A stretch of DNA of 64,000 bases from an uncultured Desulfospira sp. (GTDB taxonomy: Bacteria > Desulfobacterota > Desulfobacteria > Desulfobacterales > Desulfobacteraceae). The stretch lies in assembly GCA_963663165.1 (NCBI GenBank), contig OY760175.1, positions 3,264,001 to 3,328,000 of the forward strand, written 5' to 3'. The notes under the pieces were generated by a model, which saw only the letters and a list, made by a program, of their open reading frames with translations, ran no database searches and had not been told where the DNA came from. This document shows, piece after piece, positions 18,621-29,477 of this stretch. Made by a program: the position numbers and the translations under genes. Position 1 is the first letter of the stretch. Each line of letters starts with the position of its first letter.

Positions 18621-19985
18621 ATGGATATGGCACTACCCGAAAAAGAAATTGAAATTAAACGGCGGATTGCGGTATTGGCGTGCATCATGGTTGGGGTTTT
18701 AATGGTCTGCCCATATGGGATGCACGGGTCATCGGCAGCCCGGGTTTTAAAGGGCATGGCCGGGGGGGATGCCCTGGTCACCGGTTTTATGATTTTTGGT
18801 TTCTTTGCCCTGGCTGAACTGCTGTGGCGCATTGTGCTTGTGGCGATGTATGTACCGGTTTCAGGCCTGCCGGATGAACTTTTGCCCACCTGCACGGTGG
18901 TGGTGCCGGCCTATAATGAGGGGCGCCAGGTATTTCTCACCCTTGAAAGCCTTGCCAAAAGCAACTACCCCAAAGATAAAGTCCAGTTTGTTGCCGTTGA
19001 CGACGGCAGCCTGGATGATACCTGGAAGTGGATCGAACATGCCCGCCATACACTGAACCGGCCGGTACTCACCATCCGCCTTCCCAGAAACCAGGGCAAA
19101 CGGCATGCACTGGATGCCGGGTTCCGCAAGGGAATGGGGGAAGTCCTGGTAACCGTGGACAGCGACTGCCTGGTGGAACCCGATACCTTAAGAAACCTGG
19201 TGGTGCCCTTTGTGTTTGACCGAAATGTGGGTGGCGTGGCCGGGAATGTCCGGGTCCTGAACCAGTCCGACGGGCTTATCCCGAAAATGGTGGATGTGGT
19301 CTTTGTCTACAGCTTTGATTTCATGCGGGCAAGCCAGAGCATGGTCCGTACGGTAATGTGTACCCCGGGGGCGTTGTCGGCCTACCGGAAATCCGTTGTC
19401 ATGAATATCCTTGACGAGTGGATTCACCAGCAGTTTCTGGGGCAGCCCGCCAATATCGGGGAAGACCGGGCCATGACCAACCTGATCATCCGGCAGGGGT
19501 ATGACGTGGTGTTCCAGCAGAACGCCAGGGTGTATACCCAGGTTCCGGTGACTTATTCCCAGTTGTGTAAAATGTACTTGCGGTGGGCCCGAAGCAACGT
19601 CAGAGAAACCCTTGCCATGGCCGGGTTTATATTTACCCCCTTTCGCAAAGGCTCGAAGCTTGGGGCCCGAATCAACCTGATTTCAGATGTGATGAAACTG
19701 ACCAAAACCCAGGTTTTTCTGGGCATTGCCTGGGGCCTGATTCTCTGGCAGCCAGCGATTTTCGGCAGCGGGGCCGTGATGGGCATTGTCCTTGGTTCAA
19801 GCCTGTCAGCAGCCATTTACGCATGGAAATTCGGCCGGTTCTCATCCCTGCTGGCATTTGCCTACGGGTTTTTCTTTTTCACGGCCCTAAGCTGGATCAA
19901 ACCCTACGCCCTGTTCACGGTGAGCAATTCCGCCTGGCTTACCCGGACCGTTCCCCAGGGGGCACCGTCCCATGCGGGATGTTAA
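18621..19985 (+). CDS. Membrane-bound processive family-2 glycosyltransferase (hyaluronan synthase / NodC-like)
   Basis: VPAYNE, DDGS, GKR, DSD, GEDR and LRWARS motifs; N- and C-terminal TM helices. Confidence 0.9.
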   Translation: MDMALPEKEIEIKRRIAVLACIMVGVLMVCPYGMHGSSAARVLKGMAGGDALVTGFMIFGFFALAELLWRIVLVAMYVPVSGLPDELLPTCTVVVPAYNEGRQVFLTLESLAKSNYPKDKVQFVAVDDGSLDDTWKWIEHARHTLNRPVLTIRLPRNQGKRHALDAGFRKGMGEVLVTVDSDCLVEPDTLRNLVVPFVFDRNVGGVAGNVRVLNQSDGLIPKMVDVVFVYSFDFMRASQSMVRTVMCTPGALSAYRKSVVMNILDEWIHQQFLGQPANIGEDRAMTNLIIRQGYDVVFQQNARVYTQVPVTYSQLCKMYLRWARSNVRETLAMAGFIFTPFRKGSKLGARINLISDVMKLTKTQVFLGIAWGLILWQPAIFGSGAVMGIVLGSSLSAAIYAWKFGRFSSLLAFAYGFFFFTALSWIKPYALFTVSNSAWLTRTVPQGAPSHAGC

Positions 19986-19992
19986 AAACAGG

Positions 19993-21135
19993 TTATTTCC
20001 GGTGCAGAATAAAGCCGCCGCAAAGGGCCGTAAAGGGGGCCACGGCCACCAGGCCAAAGCTGCCGATGAGTGTTTTGAGGATCTCTGATGAGACGTAAAT
20101 CAGGTTAAATGTGTTTGACAGGGGGACCCCCTGGGCCATGAAGGCCATGAGCAGGGTGATATATCCCCCGGAATAGGCAAACAAAAGCGTGGTGGTCATG
20201 GTGCCGGTGACGGCCCGGCCCACATTCAGGCCGGAACCCATTAACTCAAGAATGGAAATGTCCGGATCTCGCTCTACCACCGCCTGCATGCTGGCCGCCA
20301 CATCCATGGCAAGGTCCATGACCGCCCCGGAGCAGGCCAGAAAAACGGCGGCCATAAAAATTTTGGTCAGGTTCAGGTGCCCGAACCCGGCGTAAAGCAG
20401 GGTCTCGGCAAAGGGAAGCACCGCGCCGTGGACATGAATCTTCTGTGTAAAATAGATGGATAAAAGGCCGCTGGTCAGGATGCCGAGCATGCTGCCGGCC
20501 AGGGCCGTGGCCCCTTTTTTGTTTAAGCCGGCCACCAGAAGGATAATGACGGTGCAAAGAAAAAAAGTAATTCCCAATGTCAGGATCACCGGGTCCCACC
20601 CTTTGAGCAGCATGGGCACCAGCACTTTCCACAGGGTAAGGGCGGCAAAGACAAAAGACAGCAGGGCCTTGATCCCGGTGATGCCCCCGAAACAGACCAG
20701 CAGAACGGCAAACAGGCACAGCAGCACGCCTTCAAGGCCGATCCGGTAATGGGCTTCCGGATTGACGAACACCACGTTTCCTTCTTTATCAAGGCTTAAC
20801 ACCACAAAGGCGGTATCCCCTGGCGCAAACAGGGTGTCCCTGTCCATCCGGCCGAGCAGGGGGTTGTTTGCCTTGAATACCTTTCCCTTGAACGGGCCGG
20901 ATAATATCTTAATTTCCACCAGCTGGTCGCCGGTTTTAATCAGGTTAATCTGTTGGACATGGTCGTTGTCTGCGGCAATAATCTGCCCCCGGCAGCGGAC
21001 CGCCGTTTGTCCGGTCCTTTTTTCAAAGCCCGTGGGAATGGCCAGCAGGATAATGGATAAAAAGATAAAAAAAACGATCAGAAGGGCATCGCTTTTATTG
21101 ACTTTGAAATGGGCAAACAAACAGCGCGTTTTCAT
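19993..21135 (-). CDS. YibE/F family membrane protein
   Basis: Multi-TM; GAVMDLAMDVA and GTMTTTLLFAY motifs. Confidence 0.9.
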   Translation of the reverse strand: MKTRCLFAHFKVNKSDALLIVFFIFLSIILLAIPTGFEKRTGQTAVRCRGQIIAADNDHVQQINLIKTGDQLVEIKILSGPFKGKVFKANNPLLGRMDRDTLFAPGDTAFVVLSLDKEGNVVFVNPEAHYRIGLEGVLLCLFAVLLVCFGGITGIKALLSFVFAALTLWKVLVPMLLKGWDPVILTLGITFFLCTVIILLVAGLNKKGATALAGSMLGILTSGLLSIYFTQKIHVHGAVLPFAETLLYAGFGHLNLTKIFMAAVFLACSGAVMDLAMDVAASMQAVVERDPDISILELMGSGLNVGRAVTGTMTTTLLFAYSGGYITLLMAFMAQGVPLSNTFNLIYVSSEILKTLIGSFGLVAVAPFTALCGGFILHRK

Positions 21136-21230
21136 GGCAACCCCTGCCAGGCCTTAATTCGTGAGAAAAACAAAGACGGTGCAATGGAAAACTGCGGCAC
21201 CGTTTTATTTTATGGTGTGATCCCCCCCCC

Positions 21231-22682
21231 TTAATTCACGGTAAAGACCGGTGCCGGCGAAAGCCCCATGACCGCCATCAGCTTGAGGGCAATCTCGGTA
21301 TTGTCGTACATTCCCTGAAAGGTCATGGCGCCAACCCCGACCGCAGAGGTACTGACCGGAACCCCGGTGTGGTTATAGGAGGTCCAGGCAATGCCGGCCT
21401 TCTGGTTTAACAGGTGGGTAATGGATACCGTAAGCGGGTTGTACCCGCCGTAAAGCAGGTAGGTCTGAGGATCGGGTTTTACCGCCTGGCCGGCCATGGC
21501 CCGGTCAAAGGCCTTTTCAAGAATGGCCACTTCAAAGTCTTGAAGGGATAACGGGTTATCAGACCCGTCAAATTTAAGCCCGAAGACAGCGGTAATCTTG
21601 GGTTTCACATCGCCAAAGGAGACCGCTTTATCTTCTTTGAGCCTGGCCATCACGTATTGATCAAAGTAGGCAAAAGACTTTTTCTGGGCTGAAAGAATGT
21701 CAAAGTGGGTGTTATACCGGGTGCCGGCAAACCCCAGGGACATCCCGCCGCATTCATGATCCCCGGTAACAACGATGGTGGTGTCTTCCGGGTGCTGTTT
21801 GTAAAATTCATAGGCGGCTGCCACGGCCTGGTCAAAAGCCACGGTGTCCCGGATGGATGCTGTGGCATCGTTGGCATGGCAGGCCCAGTCAATTTTACCG
21901 CCTTCCACCATCATGAAAAAGCCCTTGTCATTGTCTAAAACCTCAATGCCTTTTTGTGTAAACCGGGCAAGGGAAATATCCGCATCCGCGGCATCCATGT
22001 CATAGGGAAGGGCTTTGCTGCGCTCAAGCCATTGGTTGAAGGTAAAAATTTTTCCGTCTTTTGGGGAAAGCCGGTTAAAGGCCTCTGTGCCCTGGGCAAT
22101 GGTGTAACCGTTTTTTTTGATCAGGTCCATGGCATGGCCTTCAAATCTGGCCGGGTCCCCTTTCTGGTTTTCAGGGTCTTTAAGCCCGCCGCCGGCAAAA
22201 TAGTCAAACCCGCTTCTGGCCAGAGCCACGGCAATATCATAGTATTGAGATCTTGCAGGGACATGGGCATAAAATGCGGCCGGGGTGGCGTGGTCAATGG
22301 AAACGCTGGAGACAATGCCCACCTTTTTCCCCTGTTCTTTGGCCATTTCGGCAATGGTCTTCATGGGCCTGAGGGCTTCGTCAACGCCGATCCGGCCGAT
22401 GGTTGTTTTTTTGCCGCAGGCCAGTGCCGTTGCACTGGCAGCGGAACCGGTAATAAATCTGTCGGCGGCATGGGTGGTGGTAATGCCCTGGGCGGGAAAG
22501 GTTTCCATGAGCAGTTTTTGCTGCATGAACTGGCTGGCGGCAACTCTCTGGGGAATTCCCATGCCGTCTCCGATAAACAGAAAGGTATATTTTGCGGTCT
22601 TGGCAAAGGTGACACCCGGGCAAAGCAGCAGACAGACAAAGGCTGCGACAAAAAATGCGTTCAATCTGTTAAAGGATTCCAT
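21231..22682 (-). CDS. phoA: Alkaline phosphatase
   Basis: FIGDGMG, TGSAASAT, HATPAAF, EGGKIDWACH, TGDHE, HTG; signal peptide. Confidence 0.92.
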   Translation of the reverse strand: MESFNRLNAFFVAAFVCLLLCPGVTFAKTAKYTFLFIGDGMGIPQRVAASQFMQQKLLMETFPAQGITTTHAADRFITGSAASATALACGKKTTIGRIGVDEALRPMKTIAEMAKEQGKKVGIVSSVSIDHATPAAFYAHVPARSQYYDIAVALARSGFDYFAGGGLKDPENQKGDPARFEGHAMDLIKKNGYTIAQGTEAFNRLSPKDGKIFTFNQWLERSKALPYDMDAADADISLARFTQKGIEVLDNDKGFFMMVEGGKIDWACHANDATASIRDTVAFDQAVAAAYEFYKQHPEDTTIVVTGDHECGGMSLGFAGTRYNTHFDILSAQKKSFAYFDQYVMARLKEDKAVSFGDVKPKITAVFGLKFDGSDNPLSLQDFEVAILEKAFDRAMAGQAVKPDPQTYLLYGGYNPLTVSITHLLNQKAGIAWTSYNHTGVPVSTSAVGVGAMTFQGMYDNTEIALKLMAVMGLSPAPVFTVN

Positions 22683-22796
22683 TGGACGCTCTGGGAAATG
22701 ACGGGTTTAAATTTCGGCCGGGCCTTACCCGGTAATGGTAAGGCCCGGCGCAGACGGAACGGATGGATGGCAGGCAGCCGGGGTCCTGAAAAAAAA

Positions 22797-23309
22797 TCAG
22801 GTCGGCGGCACCATCATCACCGGTATTTTTGAACGGCGCATCACGGATTTAATCGTGGAGCCAATGGCATTGTCTTTCAGGAAATTCTCCCGTGCCCCCA
22901 GAACGATCAGGCCGCAGTCAAATTTTTTGGCAGCGCTGATGATTTCATCCACCAGATCTCCATCGGCTACAACGATTTCTCTGGACTGATAAGTGCAGGA
23001 ATCGTCCTCAATGCCGGCATTGGTGCAGAACTGGTTCAATGCCTCGCGGATCAGGTTGGAAGATGACTGTTTTCCAATCAGGGCCTGCCGGGCAGAGTTG
23101 GAGTTTCTCTGTACCAGGGCCTCAAACTCTTCGTTGCCCAGCATCCCTTTAAGGCGGCTTTCAACATAGTCGGGCATCTGGGCCAGTACGTGAACCAGGA
23201 CCAGCGTGGCCTGATTTTGAACGGCCAGGGTTGCCGCCATTTCAAATGCCGGGATGCAGCTTTCAGACAGATTGGTGGCAAAAAGGATGGATTTAATGGG
23301 TTTGAGCAT
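22797..23309 (-). CDS. Universal stress protein
   Basis: ILFATNLS..LVHV..LIVLG..IGST..VMR..PVMMVP; GGAG RBS before ATG 23309. Confidence 0.9.
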   Translation of the reverse strand: MLKPIKSILFATNLSESCIPAFEMAATLAVQNQATLVLVHVLAQMPDYVESRLKGMLGNEEFEALVQRNSNSARQALIGKQSSSNLIREALNQFCTNAGIEDDSCTYQSREIVVADGDLVDEIISAAKKFDCGLIVLGARENFLKDNAIGSTIKSVMRRSKIPVMMVPPT

Positions 23310-23532
23310 GTCTGTTCTCCAATTTCTATTATAAATTAATAAGCCAATTGTAACGGTTCCATAAAAAACCCTCGGGCTTTCATCCATTTGATTGTAAAAA
23401 AATTAAAGCGCCCTTTGTCACGGATTTTACTGCATTAACCCTAATTATAAGGTTTCATATCGCGCTGTCAACACAACATAAGAGAATTGTGTGTAATATT
23501 TCATGCAATTCAATGTTCATCTATAATACAAA

Positions 23533-23712
23533 TCAAACAGATAACCGGGCCACCACGGCAAATTCCAGTGCGCCGGGATCAAAATCGTCGCCGGCCACGC
23601 TGCCGTAAAACTGTTCTATTACAAGCCCTGCCTTGTTGAATTCCGTTTCAATGGACCCCCCGGGTAAAGTATTGCAGCCAGTTGTACACCACCCGCATGC
23701 GTGATTTTTCAT
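23533..23712 (-). pseudogene. 3' remnant of a probable SAM-dependent methyltransferase
   Basis: EKSRMRVVYNWLQYFTR, then a +1 shift at the run 23656-23661, then GSIETEFNKAGL..YGSVAGDDFDP..EFAVVAR. No 5' part. Confidence 0.55.
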
Positions 23713-23741
23713 GGAACATGTTTTAATCCCACCTGGAAAAA

Positions 23742-24933
23742 CTACTTCACTTTGAATTCCTTTAGCCGGGTGCATTCAATAAGCCGATCCAGGGTTTTTG
23801 CGGTGAATACTTTTCCCCTTGTGGCATGAATCATTTTTTTCATATCTTCCCTGCGTACCCCGAAACCACGACCGCCAATACAGGCAATAACTTCGTATCG
23901 AGGATCATCCTCGGTACGACCGGCAATGCTCAACTCTCCAAGGTGCTGGATGCGAGTCACTTTGTCACGGGCTGTTCCGTCATCCTCGGTAATTTTTGCT
24001 TCTATAATCACCTTGGGGTTGAATTCACTTGGAATGATAAAGTCCGGGGTCTGATCAAAACCCTCAATTCGTTCTGCCCGTTTGGTTTTCCTGAAACTTA
24101 TACCGGCGTTTGATAGAACATTTTCAATGGCAGATTCAAGGCTGTCACCGATTAAGTCGCTTACTGAATCCCTGTGCCCGGCAAAGGGCCTGCCAAGAAA
24201 TCTTTCATAGAGCAGCATGGCATACGGTGCGCCCATCCCGGAAAGATTCCGGATCCCCTCAAGGCCATATTTTGTATCTGCTTTGTCCAGGCGGTGCAAT
24301 TGATCCGGCTTCACTTCACCGCCCCCGGCAAAAAGCAATTGACAGGCCGTTTTAACCATTGCTCTAAGCCGTTCAGCTGTAACGCCACGAACCTTTAGTT
24401 GTGATTCCGGGTCCATTCTGACTTTTCTGTCCAGAGAACGGACAAACCCCTGGGTTACTGAAACCCCGGTTTTTTGTGTTGTGACATATCCCCATTCAGG
24501 CGGCGTAAACCCCAACATTGAACGTAAAACGATGATGCTGATCGGCTCAGTAACTGTGGTAGAAAAAATTTTATCCGGGTCCAGTTGAAAAAATCCCTTT
24601 GTTGCCATTTTCAAGGCCTCGTATCCACGCTCAAAAACCGGATATTCCACAAATCCTGACCCTTTGGGCATAACCAAAAATTCTGATTCCAGACAGGCAA
24701 ACACACTGTCAACATAAGGTTCCGGGTTTTCAAGAAAGGCGGTAACTGTTCAGCAGTGCCCCATCTTCGCTCATTCAGGCCTTCTCACATAGCAACAGTA
24801 TGCTACGAAGGCCTGACTAAACAAATATGAAGCACTGATGAACAGTTACGGACCCTTGTTTTGCTTAGTTTTCAGCATTAGCTGAATAGTTACGAAAGGC
24901 GTCCAAAGATACTTCAAAAGGAAACATCGTCAT
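23742..24933 (-). pseudogene. Putative type II restriction endonuclease (PD-(D/E)xK), interrupted near its start by MITE copy 2
   Basis: TPDFIIP..IIEAK motif. Removing the MITE and one TSD gives MTMFPFEVSLDAFLENPEPYVDSVFACLE.. in frame with ORF 23742..24704. Start overlaps the methylase 3' end. Confidence 0.8.
24742..24893 (-). mobile_element. 152-bp MITE, copy 2
   Basis: Reverse complement of copy 1. TSD GAAAGGCG at 24734-24741 and 24894-24901. Confidence 0.95.
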
Positions 24934-27153
24934 GCTCGGCTCCATATTTGGCTTGGTTTTCGTTAACGCTAAATAACAAAGGTAACGGTCTTTGTGTGTT
25001 TGCTTTTTCGCCTTTCATACAATCGTATACCTGTTCACAGCTTCCGAAATGATGAAGCCAGTTCTTTACTTTTGCAATGCGTGATTTGGTCGGTTCGGTT
25101 TTATTCCATTCAAGACGTAATGACCAGATTGCCAGACGAATCAAATGCCCGTAGACAACGCACCTGGTATCGCCAAAGGTTGGTCTGACATTGCCGGCTT
25201 TCAAGAGATTCAAGTCATTTTCAACAATTTGCGCAACATCCTCAGGTGAATCAGCCAACCACTTTCGTAACATGGTTCCGGTTTGTCTGCAGACAAAAAT
25301 CGTGTCAATGATTGATGAAGCAGTTCCCTTTATATGAATGGAGGCCCCCATTTCAGCAGGACAGGGAAGTGTCGCAGAACAGGTCAGCCCTGCATCCGCC
25401 ACCGGATAATAGGCTTCAAGTTTATTATGATGATAGGTGAATGCCAGAGGTGCCCCGGGTTTCAACGCTTTTGTCATGCGTTGGAAAACAGCAGAAAGCC
25501 CATCCGTAAAATGTTCAATTCCCCGGCCCATGTCCGCATTGCCGGTCAGTTCTCCTGGTGTCCGGGTGGAAGCGGCACGGAAGGTGTTTGAATTTTTGCC
25601 AATCAGTTTTCTAAGCCAGACATAACAAAAATCCATAAGTTCTGCATATTGGACATTTCCGAAATACGGCGGGTCAGTAAAAACCGCATTCAGTGAATTG
25701 TCAGGAATGCTGCAGAATGCGGCGTCCCGGCATGAAATGTTAACCCTTCGCTTCTGTTCAGCAGCATTGCCATTTAAATGATCACCTATCCATTCTCCGG
25801 GAATGGGAATAATTTTTTTAGTCCGGCCGTGGTACCGGACCTCGAAGGGATGATCACAATAAGCCTTTGCTTTTTTGAATTTTTCAATGATATTGGACCA
25901 CCCGCCGCTTCCAATACACATATTACGTCCTGGAGCCATGATGCCCAGAAAATTTGACTCGCATTGAATTAAGCCCACCGGGAAGCCGTGAACGGAAAAG
26001 ATATCAAGGGATTTCAAGGCCCTGCTGTCATATCTACACAACATATTCTGATACCGCAGCAGATCAGAAAGATTTGTTGCCAGCGCATTGCGTATACGTT
26101 CATCCGGTGTTGCTGCAATTAAGCGGGCTGACAGTTCCATGCCCAGAAGCTGCCGATCATTAAACATTTGTTTATAATGTGTGTACCCCCATCGGTGGAG
26201 ACGGTCTGTTTCATCTCCGCTAGGAATTTTATCAGCAGGAACAGATTCCTGCTGCATTCCGGCCCAGCGTTCCTCAACCTGATGAAGCCGGTTCAAATCG
26301 TCTTCATCAGGGGCTTTAAAAAAACGGCCGGTATGGAATGGCGTACATTCCGGGCAATGGTATTCTATGGCAAAAAGCCTGTGCCGGGGAGCACCACGGC
26401 TTGCATCGGGATAACTGTTCATTGTTCCGCAAGCCGGACATGGGCAGCGTCCCCGGCCCGCCGGGCCGGTCGTCAGCAGTTTTGTAGCGCAATGGGCGCA
26501 AGCGCCTGGATTCTTCCTGTCACTGGTTTCGGTCAGTTTCCCGCAGGCAGGACAAACAAAGACATTTTTCGGGTGTCTGGCATCGGAAGCGAGAAGATAG
26601 CCCAGGAACAGATCAATCCTCTTTCCACATTGGTGGCATGATGCGATTTTCACCCATAAAAAGTATTTTACATGGGCGTTTGGGGAGCCGCAACATAAAC
26701 AGCGGGTTCGGTGGAATGTCCCCATCTCATTTTCCAGTGTTGCCTTAAAGGCTTGGGCAGCCTCTGAATAGGCATCAAGGTTGAGGTGCTCAATCTCCTG
26801 TTTGACGATCCAGAAGGACATGGGATTGATATCAAATCCCGTAACATCACATCCGATACGATTGGCTTCTATAATTGGGGTTCCGCCCCCCATAAAAGGA
26901 TCACAGAATTGGGGTTCCGCCCCCCCATAAAAGGATCACAGATATGAAGCCCTGAAAGATTGTTGGGTCTGTAAAACGTTTCGTGCAGTTGTTCTTGTAA
27001 AAATTCGGCCAATAGAAGGCCTCTGAATAATGTACCAGGCCTTCTTGCAAACCATTTGTGTACAGCGATAATCGGGCGGTAATTCTGCTGAATTTGTTTT
27101 TCCCGAAGCGCAATATTGGAAATGAATGGTATATCAAATTTTTTTTCGATCAT
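24914..27153 (-). pseudogene. DUF1156-type adenine DNA methyltransferase, frameshifted
   Basis: VHKWFARRP, motif I DPFMGGG, several CxxC Zn-ribbons, motif IV TDPPY. Split into ORFs 26869..27153 and 24914..26893 by a tandem duplication. Confidence 0.88.
26873..26941. repeat. 34/35-bp tandem duplication inside methylase motif I
   Basis: aattggggttccg(C6)ataaaaggatcacag at 26873-26906, then the same unit with C7 at 26907-26941. Confidence 0.92.
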
Positions 27154-27244
27154 TAGATTTGATTATCTGTCGCGGGCTATAGTGTCAAGGTTGTTTTTTT
27201 CAATTCACAAAGCTCGAATAATTGGCAAATCAACCGGGGAGTAA

Positions 27245-28528
27245 TCAAGAAAGGTTTCCCGGAATAAAGTCAACCATTGTGGAATGCCTGCCTAAGCAGA
27301 CCGTGGCAAAGGTCTCCGGCATCCGGCTGATGATTTTCCCGGACCGGATTACGAAAAGGCGCAGGGGCCGCAGGCGAATGGCGTCAATTTTAGACCGGGC
27401 CTGGAGAATGACCATGTCCGCTTTGCATCCCTTTGCAAGGCCGTAGTTTTCAAGGTTCAGGGTTTTGGCCCCATGAAGGGTGACGGCATCAAACAGGGTC
27501 TCTAACTGGCCGGTGCCGGTCATGTGAAGGGCATGGGCCGCCATGTGGGCCACATCCAGCATGTCATGGGAGCCCAAAGGGTACCAGGGGTCCATGATAT
27601 CGTCATGGCCGAGGCTCACGTTGATGCCGGCCGCCAGAAGTTCGGGCACCCGCATCAGCCCCCGCCGTTTGGGATAGGCATCATGCCGGCCCTGAAGGTT
27701 CATGTTGACCAGAGGATTACAGATACAGCTGATGCCGGCTTCCCGGATCAGGGCAAAGAGTTTGGTCACATAATAGTTGTCCATGGCATGCATGGAGGTC
27801 AGATGAGATCCGGCCACCCGGCCGCCCAGCCCGAGCCGCTGGGTTTCAAAGGCCAGCCGTTCGATGTGCCGGGACATGGGGTCGTCGGATTCATCACAGT
27901 GCATGTCCACCATGAGCCCCCTTTTTTCGGCCATCTCGCACAACAGTTTTACAGATTCACCCCCCTGGTCCATGGTCCGTTCAAAATGGGGAATCCCCCC
28001 CACCACATCCACGCCCCGGTCCAGGGCCCGGTTAAGGTTTTCCACCCCCTTGGGGATACGCAACACCCCGTCCTGGGGAAAGGCCACCAGCTGAAGGTCG
28101 ATAAAGGGGGCCATTTCTTTTTTGATATCCAGGAGCACATCCACGGCCATAAGGCGTTCATCGGAGGTGTCCACATGGCTGCGTACGGCAAGGTTTCCCT
28201 GGGCCACAGACCAGTGCAGCAGTTCCAGGGCCCGTTTTCGCACCCCGTCAGGGGTCAGGTCGGGTTTGAGTTCCCCCCAGATGTTAATGCCTTCTAAAAG
28301 GGTGCCTGAATCGTTTTTCCGGGGCATGCCATACGTCAGGGTGCCGTCTAAGTGAACGTGGCTGTCCACAAAGGGAGATGTTACCAGAAACCCTTTGGCG
28401 TCAACGGTTTCAACGGCCCGGGCATCAAGGGCCTGGGCCACCTCACAGATAAGGCCGTCCCTGCAGCCGATCTGCATTAAATCCTTTTTCCCGTGAATCC
28501 GGGCATTAATGACCAGAAGATCAAGCAT
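27245..28528 (-). CDS. codA: Cytosine deaminase (amidohydrolase)
   Basis: DSHVHLD, VAFPQDG, GGIPHFE, MHCDESDD, GSHLTSM, GHDDIMDPWYPLG. Confidence 0.9.
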   Translation of the reverse strand: MLDLLVINARIHGKKDLMQIGCRDGLICEVAQALDARAVETVDAKGFLVTSPFVDSHVHLDGTLTYGMPRKNDSGTLLEGINIWGELKPDLTPDGVRKRALELLHWSVAQGNLAVRSHVDTSDERLMAVDVLLDIKKEMAPFIDLQLVAFPQDGVLRIPKGVENLNRALDRGVDVVGGIPHFERTMDQGGESVKLLCEMAEKRGLMVDMHCDESDDPMSRHIERLAFETQRLGLGGRVAGSHLTSMHAMDNYYVTKLFALIREAGISCICNPLVNMNLQGRHDAYPKRRGLMRVPELLAAGINVSLGHDDIMDPWYPLGSHDMLDVAHMAAHALHMTGTGQLETLFDAVTLHGAKTLNLENYGLAKGCKADMVILQARSKIDAIRLRPLRLFVIRSGKIISRMPETFATVCLGRHSTMVDFIPGNLS

Positions 28529-28529
28529 A

Positions 28530-29471
28530 TCAGCGTTCTCCTTTCCTGAAAGGGATCAGAAGGGCCTTGGGATAGGCGGCTTTCCTGGACATGATCACCA
28601 GGGCCGCAATGGAAAACAGATAAGGCATCATCAAATAGACCTGGTAGGGGATGGCCATGCCGGCCTGCTGCTGCACCCGCATCTGAACCGCATCAAAAGC
28701 GGCAAACAAAAGGCTTCCCAAAAGCGCCTTAAAGGGTTTCCAGGACGCAAATACCACCAGGGCAATGCAAATCCAGCCCCGGCCGTTCACCATGCCGATG
28801 TAATAGGCGTCAAAGGCGGACAGGGTTAAAAATGCCCCGCCCACAGCCATGAGGGCCGAGCCCGCGCACACGGCAAGGGTCCTTAAGAAAAAAACGTTCA
28901 GTCCCTGGGCTTCAACGGCCCTGGGGTTTTCCCCGGTCATGCGAAGGGCAAGGCCTAAAGGGGTTTTATACAGGATATAGGCCACCACCCCCACACTGAT
29001 AAAGGCCAGAAGGGTTAAGGGCGTCTGGGTAAAAATCACATCCCCGGCAATGGGAAGGGATTTGAGAAACGGGATGTCCATGGGGGCAAAGGGGACGATT
29101 TTCGGCGGGGTGGTGGCCTTGGGCAGCAGCATCCTGAACACAAAGGCGGACAGGCTCGACCCCAGCATGGTGATCCCCAGGCCTGCCACATGCTGGGACA
29201 ACCCTAAGAACACGGCCAGAAACGAATGCAAAAGCCCCAGGGCAATGCCGACGGCGGCCGCAAAGGCCACCCCGCCCCAAAGGCTTCCCCCCAGGTAGAC
29301 AAAGGTCCATCCGCCCATGCAGCCGGCGGCCATGATGCCTTCAATCCCCAGGTTCAATACCCCGGCCCGTTCGCAGACCAGTTCACCCAATGTACCGAAA
29401 ATCAAGGGCGTGGCCATCCTGACCATGGCCACCCAGAATCCGGTCTCAACAAAGAACGATAGAATATCCAT
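28530..29471 (-). CDS. Nucleoside/purine ABC transporter permease
   Basis: ERAGVLNLGIEG, GRGWICIALV, PKAL. Confidence 0.9.
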   Translation of the reverse strand: MDILSFFVETGFWVAMVRMATPLIFGTLGELVCERAGVLNLGIEGIMAAGCMGGWTFVYLGGSLWGGVAFAAAVGIALGLLHSFLAVFLGLSQHVAGLGITMLGSSLSAFVFRMLLPKATTPPKIVPFAPMDIPFLKSLPIAGDVIFTQTPLTLLAFISVGVVAYILYKTPLGLALRMTGENPRAVEAQGLNVFFLRTLAVCAGSALMAVGGAFLTLSAFDAYYIGMVNGRGWICIALVVFASWKPFKALLGSLLFAAFDAVQMRVQQQAGMAIPYQVYLMMPYLFSIAALVIMSRKAAYPKALLIPFRKGER

Positions 29472-29477
29472 TTTATC

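Noticed and set aside
25380..25420. Possible short in-frame deletion in the methylase (YYPVA|DAGL)
   Set aside because: The helix looks short, but this cannot be supported without a homolog alignment.
23742..27153. R-M region as a BREX system or prophage island
   Set aside because: Only two genes are present; there is no PglZ, ATPase, helicase, integrase or att repeat.
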